A DNA stretch of 55,785 bases, counting the filler, from Ionaspis alba (lineage: Eukaryota), in the NCBI GenBank assembly GCA_964255285.1. It is 4 parts of 4 records of this genome, joined end to end, with 100 filler letters (N's around TTAATTAATTAA, not from the genome) between each part and the next. Parts side by side here need not be neighbours in the genome. Positions count along the whole stretch, not along the records: positions 1 to 13,910 come from CAXUUL010000443.1; positions 14,011 to 27,894 come from CAXUUL010000444.1; 2 more parts are not named here. The stretch is one strand, 5' to 3'. The translations under genes and the position numbers were made by a program. The notes beneath the pieces were generated by a model, which ran no database searches, was not told the DNA's origin, and saw only the letters and a list, made by a program, of their open reading frames with translations. Positions 10,801 through 22,960 of this stretch are shown one piece after another. Positions within the stretch are counted from its first letter, which is position 1, and each line of letters opens with the position of its first letter.

Positions 10801-13312
10801 GATGTTCTTGACAAAGCCAACTACCTCAGCGCCGACAATGACATCTTCGAATGAAGTAAGCAGGCTACCAGACTTTGATGCCTTGATCAAACTTGGTTTG
10901 CTCGTCAACCTGATGTGCCGTTTCTCTTCGTTCTTACTAAGGAGTAAGAGCCCTTCAAGATTTTGGCCTACCCTGATCTTCTTGGCTGCCCCAATAGATT
11001 TCTGTACAGAGCCATCTGTCAAATGTTCAAAGGGAAGGTATGCTCTTAGCCCAGAATCTTTCAATTCAACCACAATCTCATCGTTGGTCTTCTCTGAAAC
11101 TGTACCTGACACCACGGCTCCAGGAGTCAGCTCGGCAAGAGCTTTCTGCTGAGCAGGGCCGAAAGCAGAACGATCTCTGCAAGAAACAGTCATCCGCTCG
11201 TCCTCTGCATCAATAGACAAAATGTGCACATTGACCACCTGACCAACACGGAAATGCTGTTGAGGATCTTGGATGTAAGTCTCACTCATCTGGGAGACCG
11301 GAAGAAATCCCCTGACAGAGCCAAAGAACTGAACTATAGCTCCTGATGGTAAAATCTTGATAAGAGTTCCGGGGGACTCCATACCTACAGCTAGCCTATC
11401 AAAAGAGTCCCACACAGTAGCCTCGCTATTGACAAGGGTTTTCTTCAATGTCAGCCGCAGTTGGCGCTTCTCAAGATCTACAGAGACCACTCGAGCGGTA
11501 ACCGCGAGGCCTTCCTTGAATTTCTTCTCAGGATGCTGAAGATGGACGTCCGCCAAATGCATCTCAGGAACGAGTCCGGATATGCTCTCTGTGATATTCA
11601 ATATCAGGCCGCCCACACCAGTAGCGTTGACTATCAGCTTTTCGACAGTACCTTTGACAAGATCACCAACTTTGACATCCTCAAGTCGTAGGAATGGCAG
11701 TTCGATGGTGCTCCTTTCCAGCGAGACCAAGAACAGCCCGTCCATGGGATTGAAGCCGAATACCCGACCACGGTGGACGGATCCCACCCTATATGCGCCT
11801 GAAGATTCGGAGAGTACTTCGACCTTGCTATCGGATATTCTCGATATATGAACGAAGCCACGTATCCCCTTGACACCGAGATCGACGAAAAGCCCGAGAC
11901 CAGGCTCGACTTTGACAACACGAATCTCATCAACAACTGTGGAGATGGGGAGCACATCTGTAGGCACAGTATTCTCTTTGCTATCCTTTGGTGATAAGGG
12001 CGAAAGCGATATCACATGATCTAAGAAGGAGACTCCTAGCTTCTTCTCATCAGCGTGTGGAAAAGTACAGACAATTCGAGCTTTGGTCTTGCATCCGACA
12101 GGGTACTTCTTCTCGAGTGGCTTGCTACTCGCCGCGACTCCAGAGTGCACGATGTCTGCTGTCACATCAAGTAGACCCATGACCTTTCCAGCCAGTCCAG
12201 AAGCATTCACTTCAGAAACTAGAAGTTCCACTGCAGTCCCGGGTAGAAAAGAATCAATTGTGGGTGCATCAGTAAGAAAATTGCTCTTCTTGATGTGACC
12301 AATTCGTTGAGTATCTGCGGATAACTTGACAGTCTTGCCATTGGAGCTGACACCGATAACCATACAGAGGTAGACTGCGCCCGTCTGAATCGTTCCAAGG
12401 TCCTTCAGATGACCAATTTCTTTAGACGACATAAAACCCCGTGTACCTGTTTCCTCGAGCCCGAGATCCATGATGGCTCCATGATCCTCCACGCTGATGA
12501 CCGCAGCTTGGACAGTGCTGTTGATGACTAATTCATTTCCGCTTAGACCTTTGTTGGCCTGTCTGGGATTGATAGAAAGCTCAATATGCTTCTTTGTTCC
12601 TCCGCTCGAGCCTACTGGCCGCGTCGTTGAGGTTACGTATGCGCGAAGATATTGTCCAATTGAAAAGAGAGACTCCAAATCCAGCTCCTCAGACGATTCT
12701 GCTCCCTTTTCACTTCCTTCTGATTGCTCTTCTGCTACCAACGCTCTCGCCTTCTCAGTGACCTGGTCTGATATAGAAGTCAGAGGTATGTAGCCCGTAA
12801 GATTGTTGGGTAAGGACAAGGTAATATCGTAGCGATTTATTTGAGAGACTTGGCCAAGCACCATAGATCCGGGGACCAAGCGCTACTTATGTGAGCACTG
12901 TACAGTGAAATGGGCGCCAATTTAGCATAGATACCTTATAGCTTAGGCCCTCGATGCGTAGTCCACGCTCCTCGATCGACTTTTTCAATTTCGACTTCCT
13001 CCTCGGAACGACGGCTTTCCTCTGCACTGGCCGTGAAGCAGTGACTGGGCCTTGCACCTCGCCGTCGTCTCCGTCCTGCTCCCCATCCGAATCAAATCTC
13101 GCTGTTTTTTGCCCCGTACTTTGTTCGAATAGAACATCCTGCTTAGCTTGGATCTGGATCTGTTTCTGTTCCAGAGGTGTTAAGATGCTCGCCCCACCAC
13201 GAGGGAACGCAGGTTCTTCTTCTCGTAGGACGGATGGCAACGGCTTCTGCTTCTTGACTGGTCTTTCCGCGCGAAACCCCGCTTTTTCTGACTTTCTTTT
13301 CACGGAAACCAT
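7859..13312 (-). CDS. RRP5: rRNA biogenesis protein Rrp5 (multiple S1 domains plus C-terminal HAT/TPR repeats)
   Basis: Exons 13312-12935, 12882-8425 and 8365-7859. Motifs FPRGGASILTPLE, repeated S1 motifs, [50 protein letters not shown]. Confidence 0.96.
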
Positions 13313-13602
13313 GCTTGAGATACCGTGGCGGTGGACACTAAACTGCTTCTGTGTGAGGTTGAAAATGTGGTTGATATCGAATCCGAAACCGGCCCGTTGA
13401 TGGTGAGACCCGGCTACTCGTGAGCGGAGGTAGTACTCTCCATAGAGGCTGTCCCTGCACTATCCATGAGTGAAGTTGGGATTGTTAGATGTTGCTGTTT
13501 TTGAAACAGTTAATTGGTCAATTCCAGTATAATTTTCCTTCAAATCTGATTTTCATACCTGGGTTAATATTTATCCTAGCGCTGCATCCCGTGGTGCCGT
13601 GC

Positions 13603-13788
13603 CACGCGGGTGCCAAAATAAATGGTACTCCAAAAAGTGGAGTTCCCATAACTACCCAGCCGGGGGAACGTTTACGACGGGCGGGCTCCCCGATTCATCC
13701 ACCTAGAATCTCCTTCTTCTAGGGGATTTAAGACGGCGAGCCAGTTAAATCTCTCGTTTGGTGTACCATTTATTTTGGCAACCGGGTG
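13603..13788. mobile_element. Non-autonomous DNA transposon (MITE), 186 bp, 32-bp TIRs, 5-bp TSD; Transib-like ends
   Basis: Left TIR 13603-13634 CACGCGGGTGCCAAAATAAATGGTACTCCAAA. Right TIR 13757-13788 reverse-complements to CACCCGGTTGCCAAAATAAATGGTACACCAAA (29/32 identical). CGTGC flanks both ends directly (13598-13602 and 13789-13793). Confidence 0.65.
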
Positions 13789-13910
13789 CGTGCTTCCCTT
13801 GCGGGCTACAAATGAGATCGCTTAACAACCAGCGCTTCCACCTAAAGTTGGGCATCTATAGGGGTGTTAGGGGACTACATCGCTAATCTACCTTCGGGGT
13901 GCGTGGCTTG

Positions 13911-14010
13911 NNNNNNNNNNNNNNNNNNNNNNNNNNNNNNNNNNNNNNNNNNNNTTAATTAATTAANNNNNNNNNNNNNNNNNNNNNNNNNNNNNNNNNN
14001 NNNNNNNNNN
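13911..14010. other. Assembly gap with artificial linker N44-TTAATTAATTAA-N44
   Basis: Identical 100-nt construct also at 27895-27994 and 41856-41955; the 12-mer gives stops in all six frames. Confidence 0.95.
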
Positions 14011-14152
14011 AGATCTACCCATCCCCCTCAAGACGCCTGCTCGGTAGATAAAAGTACAAAGCAAACGCCGCGCACAAATGCATCCACCAGCCCCTTTCCT
14101 GAGCTCACCCCGAAAGTCCCGTTCCTCTAAACCCACTCCGCTCAACTCTCCC

Positions 14153-17100
14153 TCATTCATCATCACTCACCCTCCCACTCCCACTCCCATTAGTATACAC
14201 GCCATCCCCACCTCCTGCTCCCGCCGCACTCCCGCCATTCGCATGGAACGTCAACTTCAACTTCTGCCCATTCGCGCCCGCCCCACTGCCCGCCGTCGTC
14301 GGAAGCGGCGTACTGACGCCCGACGGCCCAGCGGTAGACGGCCCATCGGCAGGCGTGCTGTCGTCGAAGTCTTGGAATTCGGGCTTGTTGGCTGTTTCGG
14401 AGCGGAGTTTGGCGACGCAGGCGGCCTGTGAGTGGTTATGTCAGTAAATGCCTTGTATGCATGCATGTGGGGCCAAGGCTGGAGGGGCGGAGGAAGGGAA
14501 AGGGAAACATACCTCAATATCATTCGCATCCTGAAACAGCATACTCCCATCCTCATTATATGTTCTCGCATTGTTACACAGCAACCTGATATCGTCCCTA
14601 AACTCCCTCAAGCTCTGATATTCATTCCGGTTGATCTTCTTCTGCACGTTGTCCATAGCAATAGGATTCGTGATCACAATATAGTAATCCGGATACTGGG
14701 ACTTCGGCACCAGTTTGATAAATGGATCGATGATCCCCCTCGTTGGCGGGCTGCCGTCTTCATCATCCGACGACTCGCCCGGGATTTCGGCTTCCAAGTC
14801 CATAAGGTGCTGGTAGACGTTGTTAAGGATCTTTTGCAGCTTGTTTCGCTCTGAAATCGTGAGCGTATCCACAGCTTTCGAAGGACGAGCACCGCGTTTG
14901 TTCCGTTTCGCGGCGGGGATTTCTTCGATCTCTTCATCGGCTTTGCGCTTGGGACCAGTGGATTTGCGATTCCGCTTTTTGGGCTGGGGTTCTTCGGAAC
15001 TCTGACGAGATGGTTCGGGGGAACTATCGATGCCCATGGCGCCTTTGGCTCGCTTCTCCTTGTTGGTGTTTCGCTTTTCGATGCGTGCGTTCTTTCGAGC
15101 GATGGCTGCTTCAAGTGTGTCCTCGTCGTCGTCCACGGCCATGAGCCATTGCTCCTCGGTGAGGCCGTCGTCGTATTTGACGCGAGTTCGCTCTCGTGCT
15201 CCACGTCCGGCGATCTCCTCGATCTCCTCGGTGACGGGATTGTCTTCCTGGAGATAGATATCGGGGAGTTCGCTCTCGCCCATCAGTCGAGGGAGTTTGC
15301 GACCAGGGCCATAGTCGGGATCCTTTGCTCGCTCAGCGTCCAGCTTTTGGAACATCACAAGCTCGTCTTCAGACCGAGCCATAATAGCGTTCAGGTCGTC
15401 ATCATCCATTTCTTCCTGTTCTGCAAGCTGCTCCGCTGCCTCTGCAGTTTCGAGCAATGTTCGGAGTAGGGCTTCTCGCTCTTCGTTGGAAGACTTGTTG
15501 TCGAACTTTCCAGCCTGGATGACTTTCCCGTCCATATCGAGCTTAAACTTTGCTCGCTCCAAGATTTTCTCTTCTACAGAGTTCGAGCTTATCAAACGCA
15601 AAATACGGACCTCGTTCTTCTGCCCGATACGATGAGCACGATCTTGAGCTTGCAAGTCCTGGTGCGGATTCCAGTCGGAATCGTAGATGATGACCGTATC
15701 TGCAGTCTGCAAGTTGAGACCCAGACCACCAGCGCGAGTGGACAAGAGGAAACAGAAATAGGGTGAATCAGGAGCATTGAACAGCCGCAGCAAGTCCGAT
15801 CTGTCGTCTGATTTAGTTGATCCATCGAGACGCAGGTAGGTCATGCCGCGCAGTCGTAAAAAGTCCTCCATGATGTTCATGATCTGTGTCATCTGGAAGA
15901 ACATCAAAACTCGATGGCCGGAAGCATGGAACTTGGGCAGGACTCGATCAAGCAATTCAAATTTGCCAGCCGTTCGCCAGAGCAAGTCATTAGTGCCTTT
16001 ATCGGGATTCATCTGCTCCTCCACTTGCTCGAAGACGAAAGGATGATTACACAACTTTCGCAACTGCATAAGCATATTGCTCAAACCTCGCATTCCCGTC
16101 TTGCCACCCTTTCCATCACTAACGGACATTCTGTTGTAAGTGACCAGTTGTTTGTAGAGTTTCGCCTGTAGAGCAGAGAATCTGCACTTGATGACTCGTT
16201 CCTGCTTGTCGGGCAGATCTTTCTCGACATCCTTCTTGAGACGACGGAGCAAGAAAGGCCGGAGAACCTTATGCAACCGACGAATGACAAGCAGTTGTTC
16301 TTCTTCCGTAAGTTCCATCTTGTCTGCGCTACCGGTATTGGCAAATGGCGTATTGAACCATTCGTCGAAAGATTTCACTGATTTGAAAATGGTTGGAAGA
16401 ACGAAATTGAGCAACGCCCACAACTCCGGCAAGTTGTTCTGCAATGGAGTACCAGTAAGAATAAGTCGATAGCGAGAGTGATAGTAGGACGTCAACGTCT
16501 GGCTGAGCTTGGATCCGGCATTCTTCATACGATGTCCCTCGTCGACGATCATATGGATCCACTTGATTTTACTCAGAACAGGTCTATCCTTGATGATGTA
16601 TTCAAATGTTGTGAGAAGGACTTGGAAGTTACCATAACGAATCTGCTGTTGCTGCATTTTCCTCGTGTTAGGTGGTCCTTTGTAGACAACGCGTGCGACA
16701 GAAGGTGCCCATTTCTCGAATTCGAGATTCCAGTTCGTGAGTGTACTCAGCGGTACGATGACAAGAAATGGGCCATTCTGCTTCTTCTTCTCGATAAGAT
16801 AGGTAATCAAACTTATCGTCTGGATCGTCTTGCCCAAACCCATCTCGTCGGCAAGGATACCATTGAGATTGTTGTTATACAACGAGATCATCCATTGCAA
16901 GCCTTTGAGTTGGTATTCCTTCAAAGTTCCTCCGACTAGCATGTTCGGCTGAGCTTTGACTTCTTCCTTGATCCGATGAGCCACTTGGTAGTAGTCGACC
17001 TTAGGGCCACCTTCTTCATCATCCTCGCTCTCGCTGATGTCCTCTTCAGGCAACTCATCATCTCCATAACGTTCCGCGGCACTTCGTTGTTGCTGCTTCA

Positions 17101-18722
17101 CAGAAGCGGCGAGTTGACTCAAGAATCCATCTGTTTGCTTGAGAAGGTGCGAGATACGAGAGTCTTTGGCTTGGCCAAGTAGTTTCATGTAGGTCTCTTC
17201 ATCGTTCGCCTTCAAAGCTTGTAGACGTTGCTTGGCAGTTCTCTCGACGCGTTTCTGTTCCTCCTTCTCGATATGCTGATGATGCTGTTGCATCATACGC
17301 CCAAGTTTCTGAACCCTTGCGCGCTGAGTTTCAGCATTTCTCTTGATCTCAAAACTGTGTTGTATGATGCCTTGGAGACGGTCTATCTGCTTCTTCTTCT
17401 CCTTTGTTTCCCTGGCATCCCTTTGCTCCTTCTCCAGCTTTTCGGTGATTCGGGCTTCACGCAGAGACTGTCTCTTCATGCGGCGGTAGCTAGACCGATT
17501 GGCAGTCTGGGCAAGATTGTCGTAATGAATCATGTCTCTGCTGACTTGCTGTCGAAGGGCTCGCTGTTTTGGAAGAAGATTGAGCATCTTCAATTCGATC
17601 AGGGCCTTCAGCTTGATCGAGTCGTCCGCTACCGGTACGTCACTCTTCTTAGTATCCCATTGCGCTATGTTAGCGCTCGTCTCGCTCAACTCAACCTTCC
17701 TCGTCAAAATCCGGTTGTAGATGATCTTCTCGCGCTCCTCGCGGACACGATCAACGTCGACCCCAGCACCCATGATACTCGGTACTATAAACCGCTTGCG
17801 TCGTACGTTGTGGTCAGCATATGTTATTGCAGTCTGGAGTGTCTCATATGGTGAAACGACAGACTCATACGTATGAGGAAGTTGTCCCGAAGCAGTCGCG
17901 GTTCGTCGATTCCGAGGCTGTGGAGCAGATCCTGACGCAGAAGAACTGGAGGCGGCTATTTGAGGAGCATCAGACTTTATGGTGTTTGTGACTGCTTCTA
18001 CTAGCTGGCCAGCTGTTGGCGGTCGTTTAGTCTGTTGAGATGCAAAGAGTTGTTGTTGCACGTGTGGAGGAATAGTAAGGTTCTTCGATAACAGCTTGAA
18101 AGCTAGAATCTGATTTCGAAGTAGTGCCATTTGTTCTGGGGTGAAGGTGCCATGAGGCCCGCCTTGTGGCTTTTGCGCTTGAGCCATCGGTGCGCCGGTG
18201 GTTGGAGTATCAGATGAAGCGCCTGACGCGGTGGTAGTCGGTTGACCTGAGGACAGACTGGACGTCGAGGTTCCTAGATAGTAGCATTTAGAATCCGTGT
18301 ACCTCGAAATCATGTTACAGAATGCTTCCTACCATTGACGCCATTCGCAGTGGACTGTGCATTGGCGGCAGCTTGCTGCTGCATGGCTTGACGAGATCGA
18401 GCCATCATTTCCTGTTGTTGCTGTGCCTTTTGTTTCCTATAGTTTGCTTGTTGACTTATCGCAGACAAGAGGTTGAAGGCCTTGATGTATTCGGGGTCAT
18501 CTTGCCGGACGCCATTATCCTTCATCATCTGGTATTTCTGAGATATTGGTTAGCCCATCGGGTTTGGTCGAGCATGAGAAGACCATATGACTCAAGTAGC
18601 TTCATTATGGATGTGTATCATTGACCTACCTTGTAGACTTCTTGCACATCGGCCTGGGTAAGGTTGCTGGGAATGGCAGTCCCAGTGTGGGCCATAGTGG
18701 GTGCGTTCTGCACAGACGCCAT
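14153..18722 (-). CDS. STH1: SWI/SNF-RSC chromatin-remodelling ATPase (Sth1/Snf21/Snf2 family; QLQ, HSA, SNF2 ATPase, bromodomain)
   Basis: Exons 18722-18630, 18537-18333, 18273-14513 and 14425-14153. Motifs LNGILADEMGLGKT, DEGH, QAQDRAHRIGQ and bromodomain YPDYY...NARTYN. Confidence 0.93.
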
Positions 18723-19470
18723 ATTGGGCGGTCTTCTTTCTTCTACCATGCGGCTAGATATCTAGATATGACGATAGGAATGGATGGATTGGGATAAGGC
18801 GCAACTATCGTTGGGCTTGCTGCTGGACTGGTAGGGACAGGAGCTGAAAACAGCAGAATTGGTGTTGAGGTGCGCGACAGTGCACACAAGACCTGGAAGA
18901 GGCCGTTGAGGGTCCTCAACGCGTCGGAGAGGACGTGTCGGGGATTATTTAGGGTTACCGACGATGAAATTGATGGAGGGGCTCGGCTTCTTGTGATGCG
19001 GATGCGATCGTAGGTGAGGTGAGGTTCCTTCTCCAGCATTCTTTGCCAAGTCACGCTAGGTTAATTTAGCCACACCGCACTAACACTCACGTGACCAATT
19101 TTCCGATGTCCGCACAACACACACGCATCGAAATGCTCATAGAACCTGGTTACAGAGTTATCACTAATCGCACTCTACACTCCTTTCATGTAGGTTTTGT
19201 CACGCTCAACAGCAATGGAACGTGAACAAAGCAGGAGCCTACCCCAATGTCTGAGGAAGTCTTCCTTAATTGATCGTAATGCAAAAATATGTATACACAA
19301 TCTCGCAACCAGGTATATCGTACAAAGAAGAAAACATCCACCGTAATGAAGTCCTAGGGCCCTCGTGAGGGATTCGCATGACCATAATGTTCCAACCTTC
19401 GAAGTACCTAGTTCCTGTTGCAATTCCCACGACTCCAGGGTCGTAAATCATATCCCTCGTCACCGGCCTC

Positions 19471-21016
19471 TCATGCATAGTGTACGTCGGAAGTGCTAAG
19501 CGCGCTTCTTTTCATCGGTGGTGGTGGCGGCGGTTTCTTCGCTCTCGAAGGCGGTGGAGGCGGAGGGGCTTTCTTCGCACCAGTAGCCATACCGTTCAAC
19601 GTCGATGAGCTCGCAGTCCTCGATGGTACGCTCCCGTAAGAAGTCGCAGGCGAAGCTGCTCTTTCGCCAAAGTACCTGTCTGGACTGCCTGTGCTGTTGC
19701 TGTAGAACGTTGATGTATCGGAGGGATCGTCGAGTGCATCGCTGCTGGTCGCGACTTTGCTCACAGGTCGTAGCTGGGACCTTTGGGTTCGCATAGTCAA
19801 GCTGTCGCTAGGGACTCTGGCCATCCTCTGGGAGGACACCGGTGATCCTTCTCGATATAGCTGAGTGGGGCCTTCGAATGTGGTACATCTATGAACATTG
19901 GGACGAGAATGCCCGTAATCATAGCCTCCGTTCTCTCTCCTAGGGGAATCCGGAGCCTGGTTCGACGAGACGGCACGATTGGACCGAATTGACGGTCGTT
20001 CTGGGGGTGGCATCTCTGGTTCTTCTTCCACTGTATTGTATCGGTCTGCAAATGAGTGTGCAGTATTCGACCGTGACCTGGTCAACTTTCGGTTGTCCCG
20101 ATCATTCTGATCCGTGTGTCTATTTTATGTCAGGATTGATCTGATACAAGAAGTGGGAGAAGCATACCCTGCCGGCCAATCTCTTTTCAATTGGAGCAGT
20201 ACTTCACGACATTTGTCATAGTAGCTCAATTCTGCATCCAAAAAGGCACCAAGGTCTGCCACACTGTCGACTTCAGCTTCCTTAATGTCTTGCATCCGCC
20301 TATAGACATCCTCGCTAGTCTCCTCATATTTCGCCTTCTGTGATCGCAGTTCCTCCTCGACACGGAAGTCTTCTTTCTTCGCCTTCTGCATCTTGGCAAG
20401 AGAGGCGTCGTATGCGAGACGGCGGTTCTCTAATTTCTTGCGCGCTGACTATCCCATGGATGAGTAAGGAGAAATGGTGTGGTGGAAGTCATGCCTACCT
20501 GGTATTCCTTCATCTGTGCAAGAGATCTCTCCAGCGACTCGAGCCAGCTCGTAGTTGCGTTGGCCACATAGGTCTCTTGAATGCGCGAGATGCGTTCATT
20601 CGTTCGGCCCATACCTGATGGTCCAGTCAGTAACCGTGACAAACCAGTGGCTGGTTATTCGTACTGATGAGGCATTGCCCAAATTCTGAATCGTTTTCAA
20701 AGTCCTCCCCATGGCTAACCATTGTAGATCCTAAGTAGGCGACTGGCAGTATTTTCTCTTTGTCTTCGGCTTCATTCCGTTTCGCAAGTGTCTTTATGTA
20801 CGCCGTCATAGATTTCTGAAGACGCTCCATACCTAGTACAGGTCAATCACATAGTCCTCCGCTGACAGAAGCATCCAGAGTGCGAATACCTTCGTGTCGC
20901 AGCGTCATTTCCACCTCGAGAGCCTTGAAGTCGTCCGAAACGTTCGTCTTCACCTCCCCGCCCATCCTTTCGCCTGCCCATTGCTTGAAACGATCAAGCT
21001 TCTTATTGACGTTCAT
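19471..21016 (-). CDS. N-BAR domain protein with proline-rich C-terminus
   Basis: ATG 21016 MNVNKKLDRFKQWAGERMGGEVKTNVSDDFKALEVEM. Further exons with HGEDFENDSEFGQCL, RKKLENRRLAYDASL, EEELRSQKAKYEE. C-terminus KKAPPPPPPSRAKKPPPPPP. Confidence 0.85.
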
Positions 21017-22015
21017 TGCGATATAAATTGCCTGGGCACGTTGCGTATTTCAAAAGTGATCTTTCAATGGGTCGTGTGGATGACCTCCAAAGTTAGATTC
21101 TGTTGGGGTATTCTAGTGATTTCAATCGTGAGATGATGAAAAGTCAAGAGCGTGCATAAGTCACCAGAACACCAGCTGGAGTACCGAATGCGCTGTGAAG
21201 TCCAACGAATGACTGGTAGTAAGTGATGAGGTTCTCAATGAGAAGTGTCCTGAAAGGATAACAAAGAGAAAAACCAGAGATCTATTGTAGAGCAAGATTA
21301 TTGTCTTGGGGGAGCAACTTATGGGGTAATCGCGGCGCTATCTCATACGCGGAAAGTGCCTTGTTTGTACCCCCGCGATTGGAATTCTAGCAGGGATCGG
21401 GGGTGACGCGCAGGGGGTGAATTGCTTGGGTGAGGCGGTTGACGGGACCTTTCAGGAGACCTCTCGAGCGTTCTAATTCAGGAACTTGAAACAACCTTCA
21501 GTTTACACGTTCTTCTCATCCGCGTCGTGATCCATCTGGTAGGATTGAGGAGTCAAAGTTGCTGGCTACTGCAGCCTTTTGTCTATTTAATAATATGCCA
21601 GCGTATGCTTCGTTGGGCAACAGGCCAGATGAAACAGCCTTTGTCTCTATCTATCTGACACGTCTAACGTCAAGCGCCCGTCGAATCATCACTCAAACCA
21701 ACTCGGGATAATGGATGGAAACCCTCTTCAGGTTGGTATGCCAGGAACACAGTACATGAATTGCTTAGACCCCTGGAGCAGACAACTCGTAATAGGGAAG
21801 ACGAGATCATGGAGTCATGATGCTTCAGGCAGATACATCAACTGCATCTGAACACCTGGTTAAGGTCAAGACACCACAAGTACATAATTGAGTTCGTTTT
21901 GCGCACATATGTGGCATTATCTAGAATGAAGACGAAGTCTGTAGCTATCATCGCTATGCAGAGGCTCATTCCATATTCGATGCCAATCCCCCCACGACAC
22001 AAATCAGAAGTGCGC

Positions 22016-22960
22016 CTAATCCTTTGTCTTCTGCGTACCACGTAGTAGACCAGTTCTCCGAGCAGCAATGAGACCCGCCTTTTGACCTTGTGCAGCGTAC
22101 CGTGAGATTGTTGAGGCTTTTCCGATATGTTGATGATTTCCACCTCCGTGTGGCTAATTGAGATCGTTAGCAGCATTCTAGTCAAAATCTTTGTTGGCCG
22201 AGGAAAACGCACATGGTCGACAGGGTTCATAGCTACACCACGAGTCTTGGGCCACGAGTTGCGCTTGACGGCGAACTTATGCTTCGCACGAGACGCCTCT
22301 GCGCTGGCATTAGCTCCTGCTCATTACAACCCTGGCAAGTAGATCGACTTACTAAGGAGAGGCTTGTCTGTTCGTCCACCTCCAGCAACAATCCCGACCA
22401 TACCTCTTGCACTGCTTTTGATAACCTTCTTGGCTCCACTGGGTAGCTTCACTCTCGTCTTGCCCTCATCGGGGTTGTGGCCAATGACCGTAACGTAGTT
22501 TCCTGAGGTCCTTCCCAACGCACCACGATCTCCAGCTTTCTCCTCAACGTTTGTGACCACTGTACCTTCTGGAACGGAGCCAAGAGGTAAGACATTTCCG
22601 ACAGTCAGAGAAGCGTTCTTCCCGGCATAGATGAATTGTCCAGTGTACATCCCCTCGTTCGCAATGAAAGTCTCGGTATGCAGCTTGAATCGGTAGGGGT
22701 CACGGAAGACGACTCTGGCAAGAGGTGCACCTCTGCCTGGATCGTGGATGATTTCCTTCACCACACCTCGAATGTACCCATGTCGCTCGGCATAATCAAG
22801 AGTTCTGAACTGTGCAGGCGCTTTGTTCAGGCGAGTATGGGCCGCTATGAATTATTAGAGACATAGAACCACTCTGAGCCTCTGACAGGCCGCATTGGAG
22901 CTTAAACGTACTGAAGATTGAGCCACGACCCTTCCTCTGGTTGCGAATCACTCGACCCAT
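22016..22960 (-). CDS. RPL2: 60S ribosomal protein uL2 (L2/L8)
   Basis: [64 protein letters not shown]; 3 coding introns; stop TAG at 22018-22016. Confidence 0.98.

Noticed and set aside
13860..13885. GATGTAGTCC / GACTACA resembling group I intron P7 elements
   Set aside because: Only one short motif; no matching partner strand or core found, and no rDNA context.
13955..13966. TTAATTAATTAA palindrome as a biological site (also 27939 and 41900)
   Set aside because: Centred in identical N44 flanks; an artificial six-frame-stop linker.
7768..18624. Numerous 60-200 aa antisense and alternate-frame ORFs over RRP5 and STH1 (likewise over ATG26, RPT3 and others)
   Set aside because: Shadow ORFs of long, codon-biased genes with no independent motifs.
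18949..18957. TTAGGGTTA as a telomerase RNA template or interstitial telomere
   Set aside because: Only 1.5 repeats in the ~750-bp STH1 upstream region, too little room for a filamentous-fungal telomerase RNA; at most a telobox-like promoter motif.
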